This document shows, one piece after another, positions 42,008-56,054 of a stretch of DNA of 64,000 bases. Position numbers and translations under genes: made by a program. Below the pieces are notes generated by a model, which had not been told where the DNA came from, searched no databases, and was given only the letters and a program-made list of their open reading frames with translations. The stretch spans positions 130,386,001 through 130,450,000 of the forward strand of contig OZ024745.1 of NCBI GenBank assembly GCA_964016885.1. Direction: 5' to 3'. How positions within the stretch are numbered: the stretch's first letter is position 1; every line of letters begins with the position of its first letter. Origin of the DNA: Eledone cirrhosa (Eukaryota).

Positions 42008-42633
42008 TCATGTAAAGATATATACATGTGTGTGTGTCTGTATAACATGATCTGAAATATCGTGCAAACAGTGTTTATGCTTCTGTAGTCATATTAGATA
42101 TGGATTTATGTTTAGCGATGATAAGAAGAGGAGGCAAATTACACAGAAACATGACGATGTGTGACCCTTCTTCAAATGATTAGACTTAACTAAATCCCTG
42201 GTATATTCTAATTTACTAACTTCTAATTAATCAATATATTCATTTTCTCTTTGACATTCACCAGAATTAATCAAGGAGAAAATGTTTTTTTATAAAATGT
42301 GTAACGTAACGTGTTAATAACTACAGTGTCGTAACGTAACGTGTAATAACTACAGTGTCGTAAAACTAGAAATACTGGGTTACCCACTCGGTTATAGTTA
42401 ATATTATTTCATTGTCTTAAGATATAATTGTTTCTACTATTGGCACAAGGGCAGCAATGAACGAGTACATTCTTGGTACTTAAGATATAATATTTCCTTT
42501 CTATCAGCTTCTATCTTTTCTGATGTATATTCAAGCACAGACATGCAAGAACATGATCATGTGTGTATATAGTGTGTATAGTTGAATACATACATGGATG
42601 TATACATGCATGTATACATGCATACATGATGAC

Positions 42634-42990
42634 TGCCCCCTCGTTATCGAGTATGGCCATTGCACGATATACCATAATTAATAATAATTAATTAATTCTA
42701 TCGTGCAATGCCTGTGCGTGAAGATATTTTTTAAAGTGAGGAAAGACTGTGCACTGAGCCAACCCCACTCTCTGAGCGACAGTAGCTATAACCCGAAAAG
42801 AAGAAAAGATCAACATCATCGGTAACTATTGAGCCGCAGGTTTTATATCGGAGTTATCCCAGTTTCCTGAGTTACCTTCTAGAAGAATGCCCTGACAAAG
42901 GCTAGGGGTCCTTCACTCCCAGTGGTTTAACCTCGCGATCGGGTGTCCAGCCCGACTATTTCTATGTCCCCGTGCATATACATACACATG
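42634..42990 (+). mobile_element. Family G dispersed repeat, copy 2
   Basis: Collinear with 17279-17650. Confidence 0.8.
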
Positions 42991-43128
42991 CACCCATGCA
43001 TATACACATATACACACACATGTACATGTGTATATACATATTTACACACTTTTGGATGGCCGTTGACCCTTATGAGTTCTTCCGCCCTTACATGCATACA
43101 TACATACATACATACATACATACATACA

Positions 43129-43164
<36 letters not shown>

Positions 43165-43170
43165 TGTATT

Positions 43171-43222
<52 letters not shown>

Positions 43223-43227
<5 letters not shown>

Positions 43228-43485
43228 GTAAGCTGAGTTTTTCGAATATTAATAACATTCGATTCGTTTGCAATTATGAAAACAAACCTCATTTTTATAG
43301 CCATGTCAGTAGAATGAACCCTTCATCCTTGCTCTTGTGTTGGCATGTAAACAGAACTGCAGACACTAATGTTTCTGGGTATCACTCTTTATCAGTACAG
43401 CTCACTGTTCACCTGCCAACTGTCAGAACTAGTGAAAATATATGATATTTTCTAAAATATATAGTGACTGATCGGCCTGATTTGC
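43223..43485 (-). mobile_element. Family K copy; hammerhead 43355-43402 (-) with good stems but CTGATAA core
   Basis: ctgta-CTGATAA..GAAA-cattagtG-TC-tgcag. Confidence 0.75.
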
Positions 43486-43577
43486 AGTGTGTATATATAT
43501 ATATATATATATATATTATACATATATATATATGAATATTATACATATATATATATATGTCCATACATATATGTGCA

Positions 43578-43676
<99 letters not shown>

Positions 43677-44201
43677 GGGGTAGATAGATAGATAGATAGA
43701 TAGATAGCTAGATAGATAGATAGATAAATAGATAGATAGATAGATAAATTCGTACATACAGGCACACATACCAATACGCAGACAGAAACACATACGAACA
43801 CACACATAATAGAGAGAAAAATAGAATCACAATAAAGTATATGCCAAATTAATGTGTGTATAATGGGCAGAACACATAAGGAACGCCCATTACTGAGATA
43901 AATATAGATGTACAATTGCATAAATATAGAGTATATACATGTATATACATACATGTGTTCGTATTGAGAATCTTGCACGTTTTCTTGTGACTGAATGTAC
44001 CTACATAAATAAGTGTGCTTGCAATCATGTAATACAGATAAACTCACTTACACACACATCCATATATATATATAAGTACTTATGTATATTTATATATGTG
44101 TGAGTGTGTGTTTGTGTGTCCGTGTTTGTGTGTGTGTGTTTGTGTGTACATGTGTGAAAATCTATACGTGTCTATATTACCAAAACTCTCTTTCTTTCCC
44201 C

Positions 44202-44241
<40 letters not shown>

Positions 44242-44261
44242 CTCTCTCTTATACATATATA

Positions 44262-44301
<40 letters not shown>

Positions 44302-44452
44302 TATATTTATATATACATTATAAATACATATATATATATATATATTTGTATTTATAATGTATATATAAATATATGAATATATATATATATATATATACAT
44401 ACATACACATACACACGCACAACACACACACACACACACACATATATATATC

Positions 44453-44503
<51 letters not shown>

Positions 44504-44631
44504 CTACATAAAATTAGAATCTGTTTTTTCGCTCTAGCATAGTAAATTACATAAATGAAAGTATGTCTTTCTTGAATACGATTATTATTAATTTTATTTC
44601 ATAAATCCTTACTTACATTTTTATATATATG

Positions 44632-45222
<591 letters not shown>

Positions 45223-45233
45223 TATACTATATA

Positions 45234-45277
<44 letters not shown>

Positions 45278-45279
<2 letters not shown>

Positions 45280-45787
45280 AATAGAATGAAACGTAATTTC
45301 ATTTCTCACTCTTAGTACTGCAGTTACTTAAATGTATGTATGTATGTATACGTACATACATATATGTATACAGACGTACAGTAGTATGTATATATATACA
45401 TACAGGCACACATATATATATATATATGCACGTATCGGTTTACCGAACATTTATTATAATGCTCGGTTTGTTTGTAAACAAACAAACAGCCCGAATTACG
45501 CCGTGCAGTGTTTAGGCAACCACTTCACCTTTTTGTTCAACACTGACACAGAAACGGTGTACTAGTTTCGAGCTTATTAGCTATCGTCAGCATCGGATAC
45601 CTTCCTGCCAGATGGTTGAACGTCTGAAAGTATATACTTTCCTTATGCATATTAACGGTAGACCGTTGATATGCATAAGGAAGACCGATACGTGCATATA
45701 TATATGTGTGCATGTATGTATATATATACATACTACTGTACGTCTGTATACATATATGTATGTACGTATACATACATACATACTTAC

Positions 45788-45793
<6 letters not shown>
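45278..45793 (-). mobile_element. PLE derivative, family M: tail 45278-45328, arms 45329-45440 and 45683-45793, hammerhead 45555-45595 (-)
   Basis: cgatg-CTGACGA-t-agct-aata-agct-c-GAAA-ctag-TA-caccg; tail and arm also at 30215-30390. Confidence 0.8.
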
Positions 45794-45871
<78 letters not shown>

Positions 45872-45937
45872 AGAGAGAGAGATCAGGATTAGATACTGAC
45901 ACACACAGACACACACGAAACCCCTCAGTAACAAGAC

Positions 45938-45982
<45 letters not shown>

Positions 45983-45987
<5 letters not shown>

Positions 45988-46171
45988 AAAAAGTATGAGC
46001 CCGGCGGCAGAGCTCACGCCGTTTCGACGGCTATTGAGAAATAGCCGTCGAAACGGCTTGAGCTCTGCCGTCGGGGTCATACTTTTTTCTATTTCCCACT
46101 CTACTACCCTAAGTATTGAGTACTCTGGTGCGTTATGGTCCATCTGGTTCCTTACCACAATTCCTTTGTTT

Positions 46172-46172
<1 letters not shown>
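45983..46172 (+). mobile_element. Fold-back element, family S: arms 45983-46035 and 46040-46092 + tail
   Basis: Further copies at 49100-49288 (-), 50686-50848 (+), 61081-61182 (-), distant piece 28248-28291; all abut (TA)n. Confidence 0.85.
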
Positions 46173-46239
<67 letters not shown>

Positions 46240-46504
46240 TGTGTGTGTCTGTGTGTGTGCGTGTGTGTGTGTGTATACACGACGGAATTTTGCAGGTTCC
46301 GTCTCCCAGATTTAACTGATACGGAGGGCGTGAGAGACAGAGGTGATGACAGTGGGAGTTTGGCTCCTCTGTGTTCGAACATGGTGCGTGTATGTTTACT
46401 TTTATCCATTCGAATGTATATGCTTCTCAAGCCGTATATGTTATATAGACCCATAAACGTAGCCTATTGGTTTACACAGTCCATTTGGTTCTTGCTGACC
46501 TTTA

Positions 46505-46577
<73 letters not shown>

Positions 46578-46901
46578 TCTCTCTCTCTCTCGCTCTCTCT
46601 CGCTTTGACTTAATCCCTTACACGTCACCATATCTATACTATTCAAGACGTGAAAACAGCATGACGGAACCCGAAACTATGTAGTTTCGAAATGAGTCCC
46701 TTATATACGCAACCATGACTTCCTCCGTTATATGTGAATAATCTCCGTAGTTGTTTGGTATATACACCATATTTCCCGGCCTCGAAGATGCTACTTTTTA
46801 CCTAAAAGACGTCTAAAAACATCTACAATTTTTTAGGTGTGGGGGGGGGGGTCATATATATATATATATATATTATATATATTATATATATATATATATA
46901 A

Positions 46902-47120
46902 GTAGAAGGGATATTTAATTTGTTGGAAATACAACAAATATTTATAACTGATACAGAGCACTCGACAGTCTTTCCAGGGATAACTTGAACCGTTAAGGTA
47001 TATTATCCTTGGTGATGTCAAATATTTATAAAACTTTTTGTATTTTATCTGATGATAGCGTACCAAAATTTTGGTACCCTTGAAATATATATAATAGAAT
47101 AAATGTAGATAAATCTACCA
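46902..47120. mobile_element. Family H-related element: reversed tail 46902-46990 + hammerhead 47045-47097 (+)
   Basis: ttat-CTGATGA-tagcgtacc-aaaatttt-ggtaccctt-GAAA-tatataTA-atag; tail homologous to 18065-18134. Confidence 0.7.
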
Positions 47121-47529
47121 AAAGTTTACGGTAGTGTCCAATCCGTATGAAGAACTCAATGTAATCCGGATATCATGAACAGAAGAGATGCATTCAAAAA
47201 CCACTTTCGGTGAAAGATAAACGGAAAACAGAGTCAAGATAAATTATTAAAAAAATAATGAATAAACAAAGAAACAGTTCCTTATATTAAACAAAAAAAG
47301 TTCATTATTTTACGATCGTTTCTAGGACATATATGTGTTAGAATTTGTATGCATATTCAAAAGATCTATGTACAAAATTATACAAACTATCAGAGGGAAT
47401 ATACATACCTTCACATATATATGCTGTCTTCAGAAATAATGATGCTTGTTTATTGATAATATAGTTTTATAAATATAGTTTCCATTTATTTAATATCATC
47501 GTATATATATATATAAATATAACCTTGAT

Positions 47530-47777
47530 CACCTTGACCAACCAGTCTGTCGGACGTCCATTCGGCACCGCTGGTCACAGCACGTCATGCTGTTTTAGTC
47601 ATAAGATAATACCACCCCACTGGCTGGGCGGGGAGGCCGGTACCTCTTCATCTCATTTCTACAGCTGAGTAAACTGGAGCAACGTGAAATAAAGTGTCTT
47701 GCTCAAGGAAACAACACATCACCCGGTCCGAGAATTGAACTCACAACCTTTCGATTGCAAGCCCAATGTTCTAACCA

Positions 47778-47780
<3 letters not shown>
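47530..47780 (-). mobile_element. CORE-type SINE family B variant
   Basis: GGAGCAACGTGAAATAAAGTGTCTTGCTCAAGGA core and tRNA head on - strand. Confidence 0.8.
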
Positions 47781-47856
<76 letters not shown>

Positions 47857-48045
47857 CTAGATGATGTATATATCTTTTGAGAGATAGGTAGTTATGAACA
47901 TACATAGATATAGAACGATAATCTAAAGTACTATTTTTGGCCGGTAATTCTAGCATGGTGTATAACCACATAACGGATTTATTCACGTCTCACGATTATA
48001 TAAATATCATTAATAATATATAAGCTTTATTATTATACAGATACA

Positions 48046-48443
48046 AGGGCGCTGGATTTGGCAGTATCGGTAGAGTGTAATACGCCATGCTTTGAAGCAT
48101 AGAGTTACGTCCCTTTATGATCTGAGTTCAAATCTCGCCGAGGTTAACTTTGCCGTTCATCCTTACGGGGTCGATAAAATAAAGCACCAGTAATACACTA
48201 GGGTAATTGCTGGTCTTGTGCCTAAAATAGTAACAATTATTATACAGATACGGGCGGTGGATTGGCAGTATCGGTAGAGGCTCGGACGCCATGCTTTCCA
48301 GCATAGTTACGTCCCTTTATGATCTGAGTTCAAATCCCGCCGAGGTTGACTTTGCCTTTCATCCTTACGGGGTCGATAAAATAAAGTACCAGTAATGCAG
48401 TGGGTAATTGCTGGCCTTGTGCCTAAAGTAGAAACAATTATTA
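48046..48443 (+). mobile_element. Two tandem full-length SINE family A copies (48046-48243, 48252-48443)
   Basis: Best-preserved copies; TTATTATACAGATAC occurs before, between and after. Confidence 0.9.
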
Positions 48444-48849
48444 TACAGATACATTTTGCTTTTCTTTTTTTTTCCGCTGATGAAATAATGCACCTGTCAT
48501 TTCACGACGAAACTGCCTGGTATTTGAAACATGTTCGAAAACACAAGTGGGTGTATAAAACGATGAAGCATCTGATTTGATGACTTGGCTTTTATATATT
48601 AATGCACATACGATTCGTTTACATTTACAGGTGTCTAGGTTTTTTTTCTTTCTTTCTGAGATAAACACGATCTAGTTAACTTCTGAGTTCCGTGTAATTG
48701 AAGTTGACGCATGGGCGTCACATATTTCTTACAAATACTGCCAGAAAATATTATAATACAGTGGGCATGCCTTTCTTTTAGGAAGCATATTTATTGAGGA
48801 ATACACTATTTTAAATCTTAATATACTTTGAATAATTATATATAAATAT

Positions 48850-48936
<87 letters not shown>

Positions 48937-49041
48937 TATATATATATATATATTTTTTAACATTATACATATATATAATTCTCTCACGTTATTTCCCTCT
49001 ATCCTCTCTATTTTCTCTTCCTGTCGCCCAGCTCTTTTTCG

Positions 49042-49099
<58 letters not shown>

Positions 49100-49101
<2 letters not shown>

Positions 49102-49288
49102 CAAAGGAATTGTGGTAAGGAACCACATACACCATCACGCACCAGAGTACTCAATACTTAGGGTTATAGAGTGGGAAACAGGAAAAAAGTATGACCCCGA
49201 CGGCAGAGCTCAAGCTGTTTCGACGGTTATTTCTGGAAATAGCCGTCGAACGGCTTGAGCTCTGCCGTCGGAGTCATACTTTTTCCTA
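49100..49288 (-). mobile_element. Family S copy
   Basis: Reverse match to 45983-46172. Confidence 0.85.
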
Positions 49289-49305
49289 TATATATATATA
49301 TATAT

Positions 49306-49440
49306 AAAGTTTAATATAGAAATGGCTTCTGCAGGACTAGAACTGTTCATTCAAAAGAAATATTAAACTTGATGTTTACACTCTACTTATGCATTGAGTA
49401 CCTTACTATAAGTGGTTACACTCCAATGAACTCGAGACTC
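49306..49440 (+). mobile_element. Family Q copy with tail
   Basis: Short arms AAGTTTAATAT/ATATTAAACTT; tail CACTC..TTGAGTAC homologous to 51121-51190. Confidence 0.65.
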
Positions 49441-49502
49441 TCTCTCACACACACACACACACATACATATATGTATATACATATATATATATATAAATAT
49501 AT

Positions 49503-49906
49503 ATAATATAAAATCAAAAGATGGTTAAAAGAGTTCCATGTATTTTATTATGCGCATTTGAAAAACAAATATCATGGGATGATATTTGCGTTCTCATCAG
49601 ATAAAATAGGGAGACATGATATGAAGCTTAAAAAACACTTGCGAGCAGTGAAGTGTTAAATCAACAGATTAAACACTTCACTGCACCCAAGTGTTTTTTA
49701 AGCTTCATATCATATATTTTATCTGATGAGAACGCAAATATCATCCCATGATATTTGTTTTTCAAATGCGCATAATAAAATACGTGGAACTCTTTTAACC
49801 ATCTTTTTATTTTATATTATTTATACTCCAGTCCTATAAACTGTTGAGTGCTACTTATCCGATATCTGCATTGCTTTATTGTGCTACAATAAAACTCACC
49901 TCCTAC

Positions 49907-49909
<3 letters not shown>
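49503..49909 (+). mobile_element. Family L copy: arms 49503-49662 and 49667-49820 + tail; both hammerheads have GAAA>CAAA
   Basis: Homology to 28650 and 34755 copies. Confidence 0.85.
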
Positions 49910-49955
<46 letters not shown>

Positions 49956-50637
49956 GTAAAGTGAGAGAGAAAGAGAGGGGGGAGAGTGTACATTTGCGTT
50001 GTTATGCACGCACGTGTGCGTAGATGCATAATATAAGTTTATATACATTTATACATGTTAATCGAAACTTTCTGCAATTGCTTGTTCAATTTGTACATGT
50101 TTATCGATATGCATACACGCATTCATATGTATATAATACCTGAATGAATGACTCGGTATAGCTGTGTGTTTATATATATAAGCTTGCTAGCATACACAAA
50201 TACACGGGAAATACATTTCCTCGTTAATATACATGCATCTGTATGTGTAGGATGTGAGTAACTTTCTCTGCATATAAGTATATGTACATACAAATGATTA
50301 GTAATTATGTAGGTATATAGGTAGCAATGTATATATGATAGTAGGTTTGTATGTTTCCAGAGTGACACAAACTATTTATAGATTCTTCTGCAATGCAGTT
50401 TTCTATTTCACCTAATGCTGCATCTTCTTCTTACGTTACCACTTTGCAAGAATATATTCCTGATGGCCTGTCGAACACACGAGCACATAATATCGTATTG
50501 AAGACTGCAGCTGCACACCCGCAATCTACCTAACAAAATATCCGCAATATGTAGCGCAATGTACAATTTATGGGTAGGTGGTGGGTGTGGTTGCATGTTT
50601 GTTGGTCTGTAATTTATCATTACATGTATGTATGTAC

Positions 50638-50685
<48 letters not shown>

Positions 50686-50688
<3 letters not shown>

Positions 50689-50848
50689 CACAAGTATGAC
50701 CCCGACGACAGAGCTCAAGCTGTTTCGACCCGGCTTGAGCTCTGCCATCGGGGTCATACTTGTTCCTATTGCCCACTCGACTACCCTAAGTATTGAGTAC
50801 TTTGGTGCGTTATGGTTCATCTGGTTCCTGACCACAATTCCTTCGTTA
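50686..50848 (+). mobile_element. Family S copy
   Basis: Match to 45983-46172 with a shorter hairpin. Confidence 0.85.
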
Positions 50849-50931
50849 CATATATATATATTTATATATATACATATGCATATAATATATATATATATAT
50901 AATTTATATATATATACATTATATATATATA

Positions 50932-50987
<56 letters not shown>

Positions 50988-50990
<3 letters not shown>

Positions 50991-51188
50991 TTAATATAGA
51001 TGAGATTCTACAGGACTAGAACTGTTTCATTCATTAGAAATCATCAGGAAATGATGATTTCTAATGAATGAAACAGTTCTAGTCCTGTAGAATCTCATCT
51101 ATATTAAAAAAATATTAAAACTGTTATACTCTGCTATGTATTGAGTACATTACTTACTGTGGTTACCTCCGATTCAACCCGGAATAAC

Positions 51189-51190
<2 letters not shown>
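50988..51190 (+). mobile_element. Family Q copy: palindrome 50988-51108 + tail
   Basis: Near-perfect arms of about 58 bp around GGAAA; (TA)n flanks. Confidence 0.8.
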
Positions 51191-51220
<30 letters not shown>

Positions 51221-51286
51221 TCTATTACTCTTTTATTCTTTTACTGTTCCAGATATCCGGCTGAGGCCATGCTGGGCATATATATA

Positions 51287-51347
<61 letters not shown>

Positions 51348-51473
51348 ACGTTTGTGTATGCTAGCATAATACCCGTCAAAAATTGACCAAATTAATTAAA
51401 CCTTAATAACATTCTATATGAACACACTTGGATTCTGAAGTTTTATTAGATATTCGGATATTCCTATCGTACA

Positions 51474-51670
51474 ACCACTACATGCCACCACTACATGCCA
51501 CCACTACATGCCACCACTACATGCCACCACTACATGCCACCACTACATGCCACCACTACATGCCACCACTACATGCCACCACTACATGCCACCACTACAT
51601 GCCACCACTACATGCCACCACTACATGTCACCACTACATGCCACCACTACATGCCACCACTACATGTCAC
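51474..51670 (+). repeat. 13-bp minisatellite, about 15 copies
   Basis: CCACTACATGCCA. Confidence 0.95.
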
Positions 51671-52087
51671 AAGGTCAGCTCATCTTACTACAGGTTACTT
51701 TCATTGCACCCGCCTCCTGTTTCTTTCTAAGAAATCGTTTATTTTCAATATATGCCCACTATAATCACCCCCAGGGTGTAGCTGGTCTCGAATAATCGTA
51801 CCCCAACCACTTATTAATTTGTCAGATTCTTCTACCCCACCCCCGCTCTTTTTCCACCCTCACACCCGACACCACTTATTAATTTTTCCTAATTCATCTC
51901 GAGCGAAACTTTATTTTAAGTAGTAGCATTTCTGCACCAATTAATTTTCTTTGGATATTAAAAAACGTTATACATGCCAAAAGTACATTATTAGAAATTC
52001 CATAAGTTATAAAATAAATTGACAAGGAAGAAAGTGCCTTCGCTTCGGCCATTTTTTAAAAATTGAAGTGTTTTAATAGGATGGATT

Positions 52088-53669
52088 GAGATCTGTCTGA
52101 ACAACGGTGCTACTCCAGAACAGTGGAAAACTGCCAGTGTCATTCTTCTATTCAAAAAGGGTAACCGCACATCACTTGTCAAATATCGTCGAGTCAGTCT
52201 TATTAGCTGCATTGCCAAACTGATGGGATCCCCTATCAGGGAAACGCTTTGGAACTTCTGGAATTCTCACAGTCTTATCCGGCCCTCGCAATTTGGATTT
52301 ATCCCTAACTCCAGCTGCTGTGATCAACTTATCGAGTTTCTTGAAGACATCACCCGGATCACTGATGGCGGCTCATGGGTGGATGTTGTTTACCTTGACT
52401 TTGCTAAAGCTTTTAATTCTGTGCCACACAAAAGACTAATGGCAAAACACTCTGCAATGGCTTTGACGGATGATCTTTTTAACTGGTTGAAGTCCTTCAT
52501 TCTTAGTCGAAGAGAGGTAGTCATGGTTCTAGGACAGCATTCCTCACCATATGAGATGTCATCTGGTGTATCACAGAGATCTGTTCTTGGTCCTCTTTTG
52601 TTTGTGGCATATATTAATGACATAGATCCCAACTTAAAGAATGCCACAGTACTCATATATGCAGATGACATCAAGCTGTACCTTGAGATAAAAAGGACAG
52701 ATCCTGAACACTAGATCTTGCCTGTAATCTGACCTGGACACAATGCAACAATGGATCACAGACTGGCAACTCAAGCTAGCTGTGGACAAGTGTACCACCA
52801 TGCATTTTTGGAGTAAAAACCCAGCGTCCACATAATCCCTCCACGAAACTAATATCAAGAAGTCTTCTTGTGAACGTGACCTGGGCATTACGGTCAGCAG
52901 CGATTTGCGTTGGACGAAGCCCGTCTCTAAAATTGTCAAGAAGGGCGAGGGTGTCTTAGCATCACTCAGCAAGACCTGTGTTAGCCGCTCTTCAGCTATC
53001 TATTTAAAGCTGTATATAGCTATGGTGCAGCCACACTTAGAATTTACATCATCAGTCTGGAAACCCTGTCTTGCTCAGAACATTGACCGCCTGGAAACTG
53101 CTCAGAGACGTGCAACCAAGCGAATACCCTCATCAGGCATCTACCATACTCTGAACGCCTTGCTTCCCTTGGCATGGATGCATTGAAGCTCCGACGTCTG
53201 GCAACTGATTTGGTAAACACCCACAAAATTACTAACCATCTTGCCAAAACACATCTGAGTACCTTTTTGATTTCCATGTGTCTAACACACATGGGCATGC
53301 CCACTAAATCAGAAAACAGCACAGCTTCCATGACTTTCGGAAATATTTTTTCACGTTCAGAGTTGCTGAAGCATGGAACAAACTCCCTGCATCAGTTATT
53401 AGCTGTCGAGACACTGCATCCTTTAAAACCTCCATGGAACAAACTCTCTGCATCAGTTATTAGCATCCTTTAAAACATCCATGCTTCCCGAGATTCGCCA
53501 ACACTACACCTAATATTCCCCCTCCATACACACGCACATATGTGTATCATGACTCATACACTATTCACTTCCCTGACATTTGTATATTATTCTATATACT
53601 ATACATACACCTTTGACGAGTTGTAGTGCACCTGAGCACTGTACACAATAATTTCATTATTATTATTAT
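52088..53669 (+). pseudogene. 5'-truncated CR1-clade LINE (decayed RT) with 3' UTR and (ATT)n tail
   Basis: PEQWKTASVILLFKKG..YRRVSL, QFGF, VDVVYLDFAKAFNSVPHKRL, SGVSQRSVLGPLLF, YADDIKLY, ERDLGI, PHLEF..W, QRRATKRI; in-frame stops and frameshifts; short internal duplication near 53372-53478. Confidence 0.9.
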
Positions 53670-53867
53670 AAACTAAATGACTAATTCTGTGGGTTTTTTT
53701 TATTTAGGGAGATAACCAAGAACAATTATCGATTTGCCACACATATACACACTTACACACTTGTTCCAACCCACCCCAAATTATTTGGGATCCGAGAGTA
53801 ATACTCCTTACCATTCACGCACCTACATTCCATCGCTGTACAAACACCTTAGTCATCCATTTCCTAC

Positions 53868-54012
53868 CTCTTCTTCTTCTTCTTCTTCTTCTTCTTCTTC
53901 TTCTTCTTCTTCTTCTTCTTCTTCTTCTTCACCTCCACCTTCTCCTCCTCTTTCTTCATCCTCCTCCTCCCCCTCCCCCTCTTCATCCTTCTCCTCCTCC
54001 ACCTTCTCCTTC
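53868..54012. repeat. (TTC)n and CT-rich tract
   Basis: Direct inspection. Confidence 0.9.
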
Positions 54013-54276
54013 TAACCTCCATACCCCTATCACACCGGTCTATGTCACAAACACAGAACACCATTCAATACCCTGCATTACACTACCCACATCACCTCTA
54101 TTATATACTTCATCTGTTGCTCTCTAAATATTTGTCACATGATATACAATTCAATACAATAATCTAGATTCCAATAAATTTATTTGTCCATAGTTTATAT
54201 TACATTGCAGCTTTAGATTTTCTAATGTAATTGAGAAATAATCCTATTCTACACACACTCATAAACACCCATACAA

Positions 54277-54308
<32 letters not shown>

Positions 54309-54309
54309 T

Positions 54310-54361
<52 letters not shown>

Positions 54362-54367
54362 CACACG

Positions 54368-54416
<49 letters not shown>

Positions 54417-54440
54417 ATGTATATATAAATATATATACAC

Positions 54441-54661
<221 letters not shown>

Positions 54662-54675
54662 CACATATATATATA

Positions 54676-54949
54676 AATAAACAGATTAAATAAAGTTGGC
54701 GTAGATATACAATACAGCAGGAGGAACATAATAGCTGACGATGTTGCAGATGTGCAACGAAAGAACTTTTTAGACTATATATATGTGTTTGTGTCCATAT
54801 TTTTTACCGTTGGTCAGTCAATGGTAAACATTGAGGACCGAATAAATTAACTGATGTAAGATACAGAAACGAAAACCAACCAAACAGTGAATGTGTTCTG
54901 TTATTAATTTTGCCATTATTATTACAACAATATGACCCTCCCCAATTTT

Positions 54950-54955
<6 letters not shown>
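54676..54955 (+). mobile_element. Family J-related remnant with hammerhead-like motif 54731-54778
   Basis: CTGACGA-T-GTTGCA-gatg-TGCAAC-GAAA (perfect 6-bp stem II); (TA)n flanks. Confidence 0.65.
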
Positions 54956-55041
<86 letters not shown>

Positions 55042-55042
<1 letters not shown>

Positions 55043-55290
55043 GGGCGGGTAAAATTCCCGAGATCCATGGACGAGTTCTCTCCAGCGGTCTCAGTCCCTC
55101 ATTATCGCTGCTATGTCCTGCGTCTCCAACAGACCAGTTTCTCTCCTTAGGACCTCAACATATATTAACCTCGGGCTTCCTCTTCCAGAATACGGGTGCT
55201 ACACGAGAATGGTTAGGGTGGCTCTGAATATTAATCAGTATACATTGAGGGTGAAAACCTCAGAGGTGTATGGGAGCCTCCCAAAAGTCA
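55042..55290 (-). pseudogene. RTE/RTE-X LINE ORF2 C-terminal fragment
   Basis: Manual translation [39 protein letters not shown] fits the GRP..Y...L..DTG....M.DR..WR terminus. Confidence 0.65.
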
Positions 55291-55358
<68 letters not shown>

Positions 55359-55382
55359 TGTGTGTATATATATATATATATG

Positions 55383-55426
<44 letters not shown>

Positions 55427-55635
55427 GAGGGATAGAGAGATAGAGATGGAGAGGGAGAGATAAATAAAGATTGTAAGGGACCAGTTAGGTTCGAAAATCG
55501 ATATTTATCTTTTTTTTTTTATTTACACGGAAATTCCTACTTCCTTGCATGTTTACATGTGTGCATATTAAATATATATATATATATTTATATATATACA
55601 TATATATATAAATCTATATATATATATTTAATATG

Positions 55636-55666
<31 letters not shown>

Positions 55667-55669
<3 letters not shown>

Positions 55670-56031
55670 AAGAAAAAGAGATGAAATCGAAAATGCAACT
55701 GAAGTCTTATTTTTTTTTTTTAAATATATATATTTATTTGGTTCCTTTACCGGTGGTTTCGCAGTTCTTCTGCTTTTCAAAAGGTGAATTGAGATGGAGG
55801 GTCTGTGGTTTTTCTCACATGTGAGAAAAACCACAGACCCTCCATCTCAACTCACCTTTTGAAAAGCAGAAGAACTGCGAAACCGGTAAAGGAACCAAAT
55901 AAATATATATATATTTTTTTTTTAAATAAGACTTCAGTTGCATTTTCGATTTCATCTCTTTTTCTTTATACTTCCACTCGTGTAGGACACCTCGGTTATT
56001 TTTCATTTTGTAAAATAAACCTCACTTTCTA
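55667..56031 (+). mobile_element. PLE derivative, family T: about 300-bp spacerless palindrome (55667-55970) + tail, degenerate hammerhead 55855-55892
   Basis: Centre CACA|TGTG at 55819/55820; cctt-TTGAAAA-gcag-aagaa-ctgc-GAAA-ccgg-TA-aagg. Confidence 0.85.
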
Positions 56032-56054
56032 ATATATATATATATATATATATT

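Noticed and set aside
46762-46830. Possible pogo/Tc2-like TIR fragment
   Set aside because: Only one degenerate end and no partner TIR found.
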